64,000 bases of DNA from Candidatus Melainabacteria bacterium 17Bon1m (lineage in GTDB: Bacteria > Cyanobacteriota > Vampirovibrionia > Obscuribacterales > Obscuribacteraceae), in contig JAVLKG010000008.1 in NCBI GenBank assembly GCA_032128875.1, positions 32,001-96,000 on the forward strand, in the 5' to 3' direction. Shown in pieces: positions 48,520-58,718 of the stretch. The notes under the pieces are model-generated. The model saw nothing but the letters and a program-made list of their open reading frames with translations. It had not been told where the DNA came from and did no database searches. The translations under genes were made by a program, and so were the position numbers. Within the stretch, counting starts at the first letter, position 1, and every line of letters begins with the position of its first letter.

Positions 48520-50118
48520 TTAGATATAACCGATCTTCTGATTTTGCGAGCTTGCCGGCGGCAAGATGCGCAAGCGTCTCATCGGCTCGTCACCGACAGA
48601 ACGACTGCTGAGGTTGAAGCGCTCGACCAGTTGGTGCTGCAAGCGGCGGATGTATGAACGTCGAGGAGCAAGCTCGATTGGTTCCATACGATCGACCACA
48701 CGCGTGATGGCCTGGCGTGCTTCTTCCAGAGCAATTTCGGTTTCGTCCACATCTTCTTCGATGTCGACTGCACCGATGGCCGATTCGTCGAGATGCAACG
48801 CCTCGCGCAGAACTTTCTGAATTTGCGGAAGGTTGTTGCTCTTCACTACATAAACCGGCACCTGCTGCGCTTCTGCAAGCGAGTAGATTTTTGCTCCGGC
48901 ACGAGCGTAACTCTTGAGGGCTAAAATCGCATCAGCTTCGTCGATTGATTTGACGACTTCGATCGGCAGTTGGAGCGTCTTTACGACGCGTTCGAGCAAC
49001 CCCTTACTTACTGCATAAGGATAAACTTTGAGGTGTGTATCCTGGGGGTTGCCCCAATCCTGTGAGAAGGCGGCAAGTCCGTCTGCTGAAGGTGCTGCGG
49101 TAACGATTGGCTCTTGCTTTTGAACGACTGCAAAATCGCCGGTAGATTCGTCTCTTTTTCTTATTTCCGGGTGGATTTTCCAACCGCGCAAGAGTTGATC
49201 GACAGAACCGGCTACATCGCGATGAACAGCCAGAGTCTGGCGATCGAGAATTTCGATGCAAACATCAAATGTCGGTTGAGCAGCACGTTCCAAAACAGTC
49301 TTCTGGGTACCACGGCGGCGCGCTTCGTCATCACCCAGAGTTACCGACTGGATGCCGCCGACCAGGTCGACCAAGGTCGGGTTCTTGAGCAAATTGTCGA
49401 GCGCATTACCGTGCGCGGTGCCAATTAGCATCACGCCGCGTTCTGCAATGGTGCGTGCTGCAGCGGCTTCTTGCTCGGTGCCGATTTCGTCGATGATGAT
49501 CACTTCAGGAGTGTGGTTTTCAACCGCCTCGATCATTACCGCGTGTTGTTCACTCGGGTGAGCGACTTGCATACGGCGAGAGCGTCCGATTGCAGGGTGC
49601 GGAACATCGCCGTCGCCGGCAATTTCGTTGGAAGTGTCAATCACGATAACGCGCTTGCCAAGCTCGTCGGCGAGCACGCGACCCATCTCTCTGAGCTTTG
49701 TCGTTTTGCCGACGCCCGGAGGTCCAAGAAAGAGAATCGACTTATTGCTTTCGACAAGGTCGCGGATGACGTTAATCGTTCCACTAATAGCGCGACCGAC
49801 GCGGCAGGTCAAACCAATGATTTTTCCTGAACGATTGCGCAAGGCCGAAATTCTGTGCAGAGTTCGCTCGATACCCGCGCGGTTGTCGCCGGAGAACTGG
49901 CCGATTCTTTCAATCGCCTTCTCCAAATCCATTTCGCTTACTGGCTCGTCCGACAAAACAAGTGTGTGTCTGTCGAGATATCGTGCCTCCGGCAGCCGTC
50001 CAAGGTCAAGCACGACCTCGTAAAGTCCTGTCGAATCCTTTTCCAAAATGCTTCGTATTGCCGGCGGCAATATAGCCAGGAAAGAGGATAGGTCGTCAGC
50101 AGCGGGGATTACTTCCAT
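48520..50118 (-). CDS. ycf45: Ycf45/SpoIIIAA-family AAA ATPase with C-terminal R3H domain
   Basis: DNRAGIERTLHRIS, GPPGVGKTT, DTSNEIAGDGD, IIDEIG and RRLQH motifs; GGAG RBS before ATG 50118. Confidence 0.92.
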   Translation of the reverse strand: MEVIPAADDLSSFLAILPPAIRSILEKDSTGLYEVVLDLGRLPEARYLDRHTLVLSDEPVSEMDLEKAIERIGQFSGDNRAGIERTLHRISALRNRSGKIIGLTCRVGRAISGTINVIRDLVESNKSILFLGPPGVGKTTKLREMGRVLADELGKRVIVIDTSNEIAGDGDVPHPAIGRSRRMQVAHPSEQHAVMIEAVENHTPEVIIIDEIGTEQEAAAARTIAERGVMLIGTAHGNALDNLLKNPTLVDLVGGIQSVTLGDDEARRRGTQKTVLERAAQPTFDVCIEILDRQTLAVHRDVAGSVDQLLRGWKIHPEIRKRDESTGDFAVVQKQEPIVTAAPSADGLAAFSQDWGNPQDTHLKVYPYAVSKGLLERVVKTLQLPIEVVKSIDEADAILALKSYARAGAKIYSLAEAQQVPVYVVKSNNLPQIQKVLREALHLDESAIGAVDIEEDVDETEIALEEARQAITRVVDRMEPIELAPRRSYIRRLQHQLVERFNLSSRSVGDEPMRRLRILPPASSQNQKIGYI

Positions 50119-50189
50119 GTGGTTTCTCCGTAGTCGGTCTGTTGCTGCGGGTTTTGGGTTCCCGCTCAATCGAACACCATTCAAAGGCT

Positions 50190-51668
50190 TCATTTGTTTT
50201 TTACGACCCGTAAGCTCCTTATACCAGTAAACTGCATTAAATACGCAAGGCTCTCTTTTTCAATTAGCTGCCCAGGAACCACCACCGGTGTGCCGGGCGG
50301 ACAGGGTGCAATGCATTCGGCTGCGACACAATCGAGCGCTTCACCCACTGCCACCAAATGCGATGGCAAGCGAAAGGCTTCGCCAGGCTCCATAGAATGC
50401 ACGAAAAGCGGCGGAGCATCAAAAGCTTCAAAGTTTTGCTCGGGCGCATCCGAAAGCTCAGGATCTTTAGCGATTTCCTTGAGTGTTTCCACAAGCAAAT
50501 CGATATCCTTTTGCTCGCTGCCCATGCCCAAAAGGAAAAGAACAGACTGATTGAAAACAGCCTCGACACCAATCCCACGCTGATTCAACTGACCGGCCAG
50601 GTCGACAGAAAATAGAGGTCTGACAAGCACGTGCAGAGGCTCATGAATCGGCGCCTTGGCATACACTTCGTAAGAACCGATAGCGTCGATTTCCCGACGC
50701 AATTTTCCAGCTAATTCAACGACACTCTGCAGACGCTTTGTTCCATCTGCAGAATTCAAAAACTCCACGCAGCGCTCAATCGAAGCCATAAGCTGATAGT
50801 TGGGGCTGGAAGACTGCAGAGCAGTGAGGAAACTTCTGGCCTGGTCAAGAGAAAATCTCGAGTCGTGGGCGATGTGCAAGGCTCCGGTCTGAGTCAAGGC
50901 AGGCAGAGTTTTGTGCAACGAGTGCACGACAATGTCGGCACCACTAGCCAGTGCCGAAACCGGCAGAACATGCGGCGCAAGCAAATGAGCTCCATGAGCT
51001 TCGTCCACGATCAGCAAGACGCCTTTCTTCTTGCAAATCGACGCAATGGTTTTGATGTCGCTGATTGCACCGCCATAAGTGGGCGAGACAATTAATAGAG
51101 TCTGAGCGTTGGTTTCATTGAGCGTGCGCTCAATCGAGTCCGCAGACACATGTTCATAAAAACCGAAAGTGCTGTTCCATTCTGGTTTGTACCAGACAGG
51201 CTCGAGATTGGCCAACGCCAGTCCATTGACACCGGAGCGATGCAAATTAGCAGGAACCAAAATTCTGCGCCCCACTGATGCCGCCGCCATGAGTGCGGCC
51301 ATCAGACATGCAGAAGCTCCATTAACAGAAAGGAAAGTGCGGCGAGAGTTAAACAAGGATGCCAAACTATTTTCAAGACTGAGCAAAACCCCGTCGGGCC
51401 GGCTTAAATCATCAAGTCCCGGCAACTCGGTCACATCAGTGGCAAGTTGCAGAGAAAACGTTTTGTCCGCCCCAAACGCCTGTGGACGCCCTTTATGACC
51501 GGGAGTATGGAAAGAGGCGCGCTCGCCGGCAACCACCTCGGAAATTTTTTCAGCAAGCAAAAACGCTCCCTCCGGCTGGGAAGGAGCTTGCAAATCAGAC
51601 ACAGATACAGTGCCCGAGGAATTCTCGCTGGCAGTGTTTTTTCTCTTCAGTGTGGCGTCGTGAATCAA
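50190..51668 (-). CDS. PLP-dependent Orn/Lys/Arg decarboxylase
   Basis: FHTPGHK, VDEAHGAH, HSLHKTL, SSSPNY and PCPPGTP motifs; start uncertain. Confidence 0.92.
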   Translation of the reverse strand: MIHDATLKRKNTASENSSGTVSVSDLQAPSQPEGAFLLAEKISEVVAGERASFHTPGHKGRPQAFGADKTFSLQLATDVTELPGLDDLSRPDGVLLSLENSLASLFNSRRTFLSVNGASACLMAALMAAASVGRRILVPANLHRSGVNGLALANLEPVWYKPEWNSTFGFYEHVSADSIERTLNETNAQTLLIVSPTYGGAISDIKTIASICKKKGVLLIVDEAHGAHLLAPHVLPVSALASGADIVVHSLHKTLPALTQTGALHIAHDSRFSLDQARSFLTALQSSSPNYQLMASIERCVEFLNSADGTKRLQSVVELAGKLRREIDAIGSYEVYAKAPIHEPLHVLVRPLFSVDLAGQLNQRGIGVEAVFNQSVLFLLGMGSEQKDIDLLVETLKEIAKDPELSDAPEQNFEAFDAPPLFVHSMEPGEAFRLPSHLVAVGEALDCVAAECIAPCPPGTPVVVPGQLIEKESLAYLMQFTGIRSLRVVKNK

Positions 51669-52465
51669 CGAGTGGGTTCAGCTCTTAACTGACTGTATAA
51701 GACCCTTTCGGACAACGAACATGCACAACGAACTGTGCTCTGACACGTTCAGTATAACATAGTTAATTTTGTTGCAAATTCTCAAAACCGGCACCCAATG
51801 AGGCATTGCAGCGATACGAGATATATCGCCCATGCATAACACAAAGCACACAGTCGACATTCAGTCGACTCTTACAACAATTAGTAAACTAAATGTCGAG
51901 AGGGTTGCATGTTTGAAAGGCGGAACTTCCACTCATCAACTAGGTCAATTAGTTGACAGCACAAGCCAATTTCCAAGAGGCACCCTTTTCGGATGCAGGT
52001 TTTTCCATGCCACCAAATACGCAACCAACAAAAAATCGACAACACAAAATCGCGCAAAAACACACGCGTAAAATCGAAAAGTACGAGCGAAAAATCGAAA
52101 TGATTTTTCGAAAAAACATCTCTCGACTGTCGGGGTGCACCACCATTCGAGGTATCACCCAAACGCGCTAATTCTGGCTCACAAACGGGTTTTCAATAAG
52201 GAAAAAAAGTTTGATGAGGCCAGGACTTTTCGGATGCAGATCAGTTCCCCGCGCGTCAAAGATTTTAAAAATTGTAATCGTGCGGCGCGATTTCCAATTG
52301 TTCTAACCAACGAAAACCCTGTTGCTGCAAAGCTTTCCATACGAGGAAAAACAGATCCCCTCTGGAAACTTTCCGATCGGGGTGGGAACTTTGCCCCCAC
52401 CCTCGGGTCATTCCCGATGCGCAAAAGCGTTGAAGAACCAAAAATTATAAGGATAGGTGATCGCG

Positions 52466-53530
52466 ATGAACCAGAGAAAGAATGGAAAAATCGCGTTGTT
52501 GTTAGCCGCTGTTGGAGTGTTGTGTGCCGCTACGGTTTCGTTAGCCGAACAAACTCAACTTGTTAGCACTACGCGTGTAGTAACTGCATGTGGCGAGCTG
52601 TTCGCCCTCGACTCTAATGCTGATGGCATGACCGCTGCAGAAAGAGTATCTATAGTACAAAAACGCCTCGATGACGCTCTTATTAAGAGTTTGCACCGCG
52701 TTCCGGAAGCAGTTAGCGTTGCCGTCGTCAACCGCAACCCTAGCGTGCTTATCGATGGCAAGTTGATCGTCACTGCCGACGGAAACAGCGCAGCTAGAGC
52801 CGGCATGACCCAAATGCAATTGGCACAAAAATGGGCAGACAGCATCAGAGCTTGCATGGCACATTCCGAAGAGCTGGAAAAATATGTCGCCATGCTGACC
52901 GGCAAATTTGCAACCCCTGTAGCTTCAACCAAAGCACTTGGTAATGACGAAGTAGCAGTAGCACCGTCGGAAATGCTCATGCCTATCGAGCTGGCCACCC
53001 CAATCTCCACCGAAGCATCGATTTTGGGCGACAGAGTAGAAGCAGTCATTACACATGACGTTCCTCTTAAACCAACTTTTGATACCTATATTCCAGCCGG
53101 ATCGCTGGTATACGGTGAAATTGTTGACGCCGACCAATTCTTGCCCAACCACTACGCTGGCAAAGACGGCTTCACGGTGGAGTTCTATGAAATCCGCATG
53201 CCGGACGGCAAGAAGATCCCAATTACGGCTCACATTCTCGGCGGCTTGAATGCATGGAAACTTATCCATACAAAACCCACCACAGCTGAGCACGTACAAC
53301 CAGTCTCTGTAGCAGTACAAGACAATCGCATCGTAACTGTCGATTTGAACGCCAAGAGAGGCGTCATCACCGGCGGTTGGAAAGGCACACCGGTTGATGA
53401 AGCTACTCAATCCAGCTTCCGCCGCGCTTGCTTCAAACGTTTCCCTGGCGTAGTGATTCCTTCTGGTGAGCCCATGATGATGCAGCTTTCCGGAACCACC
53501 ACTGTTGCCGTATCACAACAAACAATGTAA
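52466..53530 (+). CDS. Exported hypothetical protein (paralog of the next gene)
   Basis: Signal peptide; shares TADGNSA and LAxKWADSIR and a C-terminal IPxGS beta domain with 53545..54513. Confidence 0.8.
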   Translation: MNQRKNGKIALLLAAVGVLCAATVSLAEQTQLVSTTRVVTACGELFALDSNADGMTAAERVSIVQKRLDDALIKSLHRVPEAVSVAVVNRNPSVLIDGKLIVTADGNSAARAGMTQMQLAQKWADSIRACMAHSEELEKYVAMLTGKFATPVASTKALGNDEVAVAPSEMLMPIELATPISTEASILGDRVEAVITHDVPLKPTFDTYIPAGSLVYGEIVDADQFLPNHYAGKDGFTVEFYEIRMPDGKKIPITAHILGGLNAWKLIHTKPTTAEHVQPVSVAVQDNRIVTVDLNAKRGVITGGWKGTPVDEATQSSFRRACFKRFPGVVIPSGEPMMMQLSGTTTVAVSQQTM

Positions 53531-53544
53531 TAAGGAGATAACCT

Positions 53545-54513
53545 ATGTCTACGTCAATGAAGAGCAAAATTTTTGCTTTGGCATTGTTAGCCTCCTTCGC
53601 TGTACCTGCTTCATTTGCTGGATTCAACAACGGCAATAAGGTGACCCTCGGTGGCGAGGACGCTTTCAGAATTCTGGGTTCCGCCGAAGGATTTTCACCG
53701 GAAAAGCGTGCCTGGCAAACTCAAGATGCGCTCGATAACGCGCTTGTACGCGCCAGCTCGATCGCTCCGGAAGCTGTAACAGTGCAAAAGTTGAACGGCG
53801 CTTTCGTAGTCTGCCTGGACGGACAGAAAGTAGCTACAGCAGATGGAAACAGCGCACAATTGGAAGGCTGCTCGCCGGAAGCGTTGGCCAATAAATGGGC
53901 TGACTCTATCCGCAACTTCCTTTCCGATTCGTCACGCGCTAGCAACTACGTTGCAACTTTGAAAGATCCCAATCAAGTAGAAGCTAATGTAGCGATGGTC
54001 GAACGCAAGCTCTATGCTCCAGCCGGGCTTAAAATGGCTGTCAGACTGGACCAACCGCTCTCGTTCGCCACTGTAAAAGCTGGTGACGTAATCACCGGTA
54101 CTGTACGTGAAGAGTGCCGCATGGGCAACTATGCCATTCCTTCGGGCAGTATCGTAACGGGTAAAGTAGTTGAGTTGGAGCCGGATTCTTACGCCGTTTC
54201 CTTCACCACTTTGCGCCTCCCCTCTGGCACGGAAATGCCGATCGCCGCAAGTCTTGCCTACGGAACCGTAGTCACGACCAAAGGACCACACCTGGTATCA
54301 ACCTATGCAATTCCTTCCGGAATGGCTAATGGCGTACCGGAAATCGCCGGCAGAATTCCTGCATCGGTAGCCATCGGCGCTGTGGGCGGCAACGATCAAA
54401 CCACGATCGTTATGCATCGCAGCAGTGACGTGCTCACCGTAGACCAACCGCTGGCAGTAGTGCTGCAAGAAACAGCACCAATCACCGTTGTTTCGGTCGG
54501 TCACGAAATGTAA
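53545..54513 (+). CDS. Exported hypothetical protein
   Basis: AAGGAG RBS; signal peptide; paralog of the preceding gene. Confidence 0.8.
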   Translation: MSTSMKSKIFALALLASFAVPASFAGFNNGNKVTLGGEDAFRILGSAEGFSPEKRAWQTQDALDNALVRASSIAPEAVTVQKLNGAFVVCLDGQKVATADGNSAQLEGCSPEALANKWADSIRNFLSDSSRASNYVATLKDPNQVEANVAMVERKLYAPAGLKMAVRLDQPLSFATVKAGDVITGTVREECRMGNYAIPSGSIVTGKVVELEPDSYAVSFTTLRLPSGTEMPIAASLAYGTVVTTKGPHLVSTYAIPSGMANGVPEIAGRIPASVAIGAVGGNDQTTIVMHRSSDVLTVDQPLAVVLQETAPITVVSVGHEM

Positions 54514-54587
54514 TTAGCTTTGGCGGAACTGGAAGGCAGGCTTTATGCCTGTCTTCCGGTGAAACCAAAAGAGAAGGAGGAAACCCA

Positions 54588-55292
54588 ATGTTTCTAAAAC
54601 GAAGTAAGCAAACACTGATTCTGGGCTCGATTCTCTCGCTTCTGAGCATCAATTGCGCACAAGCCAACGATTTGAGTGACTTGCTGCATAGCTGGGTAGG
54701 CAATGGCTATAGCAACTTTAACAACCTGTCTTCAGGTCATCAGATTTCGACCATCAACAATATTCAAAACCGCATCACCCAACTGCGATCGGATGCGAAT
54801 GTAGCAGTGCAAAGCGGTCAAATTACCCACAATGAATTCATCAATATGAATGCCGAATTGGATCGCATCAGCAACATGAGCGCCAGCTATTCAGCTAACG
54901 GCATGACATTCGGTGAGGCTCAAGCACTGATCGGCATGCTCGATACAGCGGCAACTCGCTTGACCAATTACGGCTATGGCAACGTATCGCAATTCCCTAG
55001 CTACAATCCAAGACCAGGCGGCTATGGCTTCGCCAACATCAATGAAAGGCAAGCCTTTATTCAACGCCGAATCGATCAGGGCGTTCGCAACGGCAGACTC
55101 AATCAGTTTGAAGCAAACAACCTGCGCGCACAATTGGATCGAATCGGACGCGATGAAGCCAACATGAGACTCGGCGGACTATCCGGCTGGGAAAGACAAA
55201 GTCTTCTCTCACGCTTGGACAATCTCAACAGTCGTGTGACCAATGAGTTGAACGACGGACAAATTGCCGGACGACGCAATCGCTGGTACTAA
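54588..55292 (+). CDS. Exported Asn/Gly-rich protein with two helical repeats
   Basis: AGGAGG RBS; signal peptide; repeated G(Q/R)(I/L)xxxExxx(M/L)xAxLDRI. Confidence 0.8.
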   Translation: MFLKRSKQTLILGSILSLLSINCAQANDLSDLLHSWVGNGYSNFNNLSSGHQISTINNIQNRITQLRSDANVAVQSGQITHNEFINMNAELDRISNMSASYSANGMTFGEAQALIGMLDTAATRLTNYGYGNVSQFPSYNPRPGGYGFANINERQAFIQRRIDQGVRNGRLNQFEANNLRAQLDRIGRDEANMRLGGLSGWERQSLLSRLDNLNSRVTNELNDGQIAGRRNRWY

Positions 55293-55354
55293 GCGCATTG
55301 CCTAGTACGAAGCATTGCATAGTACGAAGCGTATTGCCTAGTACGAAGCGCATT
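55291..55354. repeat. Short tandem repeat, about 3 copies of 17-19 bp
   Basis: ATTGC(C/A)TAGTACGAAGC three times with no unique spacers. Confidence 0.8.
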
Positions 55355-55382
55355 CCGAAGGCGATAGCATTACGAGATACAA

Positions 55383-55412
55383 GGCGGGTGGCACTTAGCC
55401 GCCCGTTTTTCT
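55383..55412. terminator. Terminator between convergent genes
   Basis: GGCGGGTGGC/GCCGCCCGTT stem followed by a T-tract. Confidence 0.7.
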
Positions 55413-56005
55413 TATTGCGTTTTGAACTTGCAAGAGTTGACGATGCTCATCATGATTGCCTCGGATTTTTTGAAATCGCTTTCTTTGTCTCGCGCAACCA
55501 TGACACAAAAACCTTGCTTCAAGCGGGTTACGACAGCAAATCCACTTGATCTACCGCCTTCCATAGAACCGCCAAAACCAGCCTTTTCGAGCTTCACCCC
55601 ATTCACTGTTAGTGGTTTGGCTGGCGTAGTTTTGAAGTCACTCGAGCCAGTTGAATAGGCACGAAAGACTTGATCGAAAACAGACTTCGAAGAAGACAGT
55701 TTGGCAGTTTCGGGAAGAACATCAACGCTAAGAACTGCGTGCTCGCCATTCTTATCATCCGGTCCCATGAACATATAAGTGAGTCGATCGCCTAAAGGAA
55801 GCATGGCTAGTCTGTAGCCCTTAGGAAGATTTGCTTCGACCTGCGCGCCACCGCGAAGCAGAAGTTGCTGTGGTCCTGGGGTTGTCGCTTTGATTGTCAA
55901 CGAAAAGACTTTGCTTAAGCCCATTTGCGGCGCAAGCAAACCGGCTGCGAGCAGACATGAACAGACTGCAAATTTCAGCGCTCTCGTCATCGAATTCCGT
56001 CGCAT
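55412..56005 (-). CDS. Exported hypothetical protein (possibly PsbP/DcrB-like fold)
   Basis: Signal peptide; LPKG(Y/W), F.GP and IV.SCK shared with the upstream paralog. Confidence 0.7.
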   Translation of the reverse strand: MRRNSMTRALKFAVCSCLLAAGLLAPQMGLSKVFSLTIKATTPGPQQLLLRGGAQVEANLPKGYRLAMLPLGDRLTYMFMGPDDKNGEHAVLSVDVLPETAKLSSSKSVFDQVFRAYSTGSSDFKTTPAKPLTVNGVKLEKAGFGGSMEGGRSSGFAVVTRLKQGFCVMVARDKESDFKKSEAIMMSIVNSCKFKTQ

Positions 56006-56014
56006 GTTTTCACC

Positions 56015-56704
56015 CTAGCCTTGAACTTTGCATGATTTCACGATTCCGCGAAGAGTCTCTTCCGATTGCTTGAAGTATTTGCCTCCGTTGCGACCGGTGA
56101 AGATCAAAAAACCGCTTTTCAGCCTGCCTACATAGAAAAAGCCTTCGAGCGCCGTTCCATCTGGAATGAAGCCGCTGAATGAGGCACTTTCGAAAGAGCG
56201 ACCATCAATGATTTGCGGATCGTAGTTTTGCTGGCGGAAGTCTTTGAGATTGCTCTTGCCAGGCTTCATCATGATATCGAGAACCGCCTTATTGGAAGGC
56301 AGTTCATCGGACAGTTTGAACGGCAACATGAAAAACATCACCCCTGGTTGAGTGTCATCTGCATTTCTGGGACCACTGAAGGCGTACTCGATTTTTCCAC
56401 TGTCCTCGCGCTTTTTGATCGTCCAACCTTTAGGCAAATCGACTTCAACCTTTTCGGTAGGAAAAGAAAGAATCTGAGGATTCTCGGTCGGCTCGACAAT
56501 TTCAGCGCCACGAAAGGGCTCTGAATGCTTGATCGGCTCGTTTGTTTTTGGTGTTGAAACGCTGGTGGGATCAGGAAGAGAAATTGGAGAAGCCATGGAG
56601 CCGGGCGCAGAAACCAGAGGCGGATCAGCGATGGCGACGAGAGGCAAAATGGTGAAACTGGCGCAAGCGAGAAACGTGCGGAAAGCCAGACGGAAACTCC
56701 TCAT
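56015..56704 (-). CDS. Exported hypothetical protein, paralog of the downstream gene
   Basis: GAGGT RBS before ATG 56704; signal peptide. Confidence 0.7.
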   Translation of the reverse strand: MRSFRLAFRTFLACASFTILPLVAIADPPLVSAPGSMASPISLPDPTSVSTPKTNEPIKHSEPFRGAEIVEPTENPQILSFPTEKVEVDLPKGWTIKKREDSGKIEYAFSGPRNADDTQPGVMFFMLPFKLSDELPSNKAVLDIMMKPGKSNLKDFRQQNYDPQIIDGRSFESASFSGFIPDGTALEGFFYVGRLKSGFLIFTGRNGGKYFKQSEETLRGIVKSCKVQG

Positions 56705-56904
56705 TACTACCTCAAAAGTGAAACCCGCACAATTGTCCAACGACATATCAAAAACTGCAATCGGATATGACCTGATTCCACGTTAAACCGCTACTTGACT
56801 GGCTTCCCATTTTTTACTACTTCTTTTAGTATAGACAGTCTCAAAACGTAAGGGCAAAAGGTTTGCCGATGCAAACCCAGAGCCACTTACGAATTTGGTT
56901 GGCA

Positions 56905-57390
56905 TCAGTCGACAAGCCGCAGACGTTCGTGAGACGGAAACGAATTCCAGTCGTAGCGGCTGAAGGCGCATGCGCAGGCGGATTTGACCACTTCGACGGA
57001 GCAGTCGGACAAAAGTCCAACCAAACCGGCAGCGGTCTGCGCCACACACACGTCAGTCATCACCCCGACAACACGGAACAAGTTGGCAGGCAGTTCGTGC
57101 TCGGCGCAATACTCGACGACTTCCCGAGAGCCGTCTTCGTGCGCTTTCTTGACCTTATGCCGTTTGGCATAACCAGCCATGATTTCGAGCAGATCGCTGT
57201 CCGTTTCACCAGCACACTCGAGGTCGAATTCGACGACGATGATGTGCCAGCCACGCTGCATCGCAAGGCGCACCTCTTCTTTCACACCGCGCATGGCGGA
57301 GCGAGCAAGCGGAAAGCCCTGCGATTGCATGTCGACAATGACGAGGGCACCAGTTTCAACCGGCACCGCTAGTGATGGCATTGTCATCAT
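56905..57390 (-). CDS. Isochorismatase-family cysteine hydrolase
   Basis: ALVIVDMQ, KK and GVMTDVCV motifs (Asp-Lys-Cys triad); GAGGAG RBS. Confidence 0.88.
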   Translation of the reverse strand: MMTMPSLAVPVETGALVIVDMQSQGFPLARSAMRGVKEEVRLAMQRGWHIIVVEFDLECAGETDSDLLEIMAGYAKRHKVKKAHEDGSREVVEYCAEHELPANLFRVVGVMTDVCVAQTAAGLVGLLSDCSVEVVKSACACAFSRYDWNSFPSHERLRLVD

Positions 57391-57599
57391 CGTTTTTCTC
57401 CTCGTAAGCCTCGAAAAGTAAACGCCGGGCGGCGAAAATCAAGCGTTGGCGCCTGACTCCCGCCACCCGAGCGCTCTCTCACTACTTCTCAAAGCCATTG
57501 TGTTTGCCGACAGGAAAGACCGCTCCCTAAGCGTCAAATGCGTCTTTTCGACACAGATGTCGCTTCGAACAGTGCGCTAAAGCGCGCTGCTCTACGGTG

Positions 57600-58244
57600 T
57601 TAAGCGCCCTTCCTTTCGACGACTGCGGTGAGCTTGGCAATCACCGCCTGGTGATTGGTGCCTGCCGCGATCTTGCCTTCCATGCGACGAGTGCCATTGC
57701 CGGCGTTGGTCGGGTTCGACCAGACGATGCCGGAGACGGACTCGAGCGCGGAGCGGATGCCGCCGTTGCCCTTGAAATCGCTGCCGCTGGCGCCCGTCAC
57801 GACGACAGTAACAGCAAGGGAGGCGTCATCGTTCTTGGTGACCGTCGCGGTGATCTTGGCGGTCTTGATGACGTGGGGCTTGTCGCCGACGTTGACGAGT
57901 GTCACCGGAACCGGCGTCTTGGCGAGCTGTGGCAGTCGCTTGGGAGCCGGGCGTTCCGCCTGCTTGGAAGTCGGACGCTCTGCCTGCTTTCGAGAAGTCA
58001 CGGCAGGAGCAACAGCGGAGGGGACATCGAGACAGTCGGTAGTGAAATCGACCAGGTTCTTGGTGGCGAACCATCCACCAAGAGCCAGCACGCCGGTACC
58101 AATCCAACGCGCCATGTCCGGCAGGTTGTACTGGAAGTACTGTGCGATGGGTTCGGCGGCGAAGTAGGCGACAGCGCCGACCACGACAGAAGCTAGAAAC
58201 CTCACGAAGTAGGTTTCGATTTTGGCCTGAGTGCAAGACTTCAT
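57600..58244 (-). CDS. Hypothetical 2-TM membrane protein
   Basis: GAGGAG RBS; two TM segments; KQAERP duplicated in the linker. Confidence 0.75.
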   Translation of the reverse strand: MKSCTQAKIETYFVRFLASVVVGAVAYFAAEPIAQYFQYNLPDMARWIGTGVLALGGWFATKNLVDFTTDCLDVPSAVAPAVTSRKQAERPTSKQAERPAPKRLPQLAKTPVPVTLVNVGDKPHVIKTAKITATVTKNDDASLAVTVVVTGASGSDFKGNGGIRSALESVSGIVWSNPTNAGNGTRRMEGKIAAGTNHQAVIAKLTAVVERKGA

Positions 58245-58718
58245 AGTTTCTCCTCTTCAGAGACTTTGTTGAACACGTGACCGGAACACACTCACTCCAC
58301 ACTGTTGTGAAGGAAGATGCGTCCGAGTGATTACGGGGAATGATTTTTCGGGGCTGAGCGAAAGTAGTTGCAGAAGGAGAAAATAGTGAGAGTAAAAGTG
58401 AGCCTAAGAATTCAAGACAGGATTCTCAAGTGATTCACTTTTTTGTAAAGATAGAAAGAAGCTTAAAAGGGGATGCCAAGTAGCTCAAATAGCCATTTTA
58501 GAGCCATCGAGGAGACTGCTCGACAAATTCTTGGCAACTATTTACGGGGTATTTTTCTGGCAAGACCGAAAGGCTCAAGCTGGTTGCAGATGCCGTATTC
58601 AAGTGGACATTAAGGCGCTGCCATGATTAAGTCCCGAAAAAGCGCCACATTGCGGCTTAGCGCAGATAGCGCAAATAGCTCTTTCTGTTACCAAAACGAC
58701 GTGCTAGGCTCTTCGATT

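Noticed and set aside
52030-52120. Repeated AAAATCG and A-tracts
   Set aside because: Spacing is irregular (14, 24, 21 bp), consistent with an ordinary A-rich promoter region.
55291-55354. Possible CRISPR array
   Set aside because: Units are 17-19 bp, have no unique spacers, and no cas genes are present.
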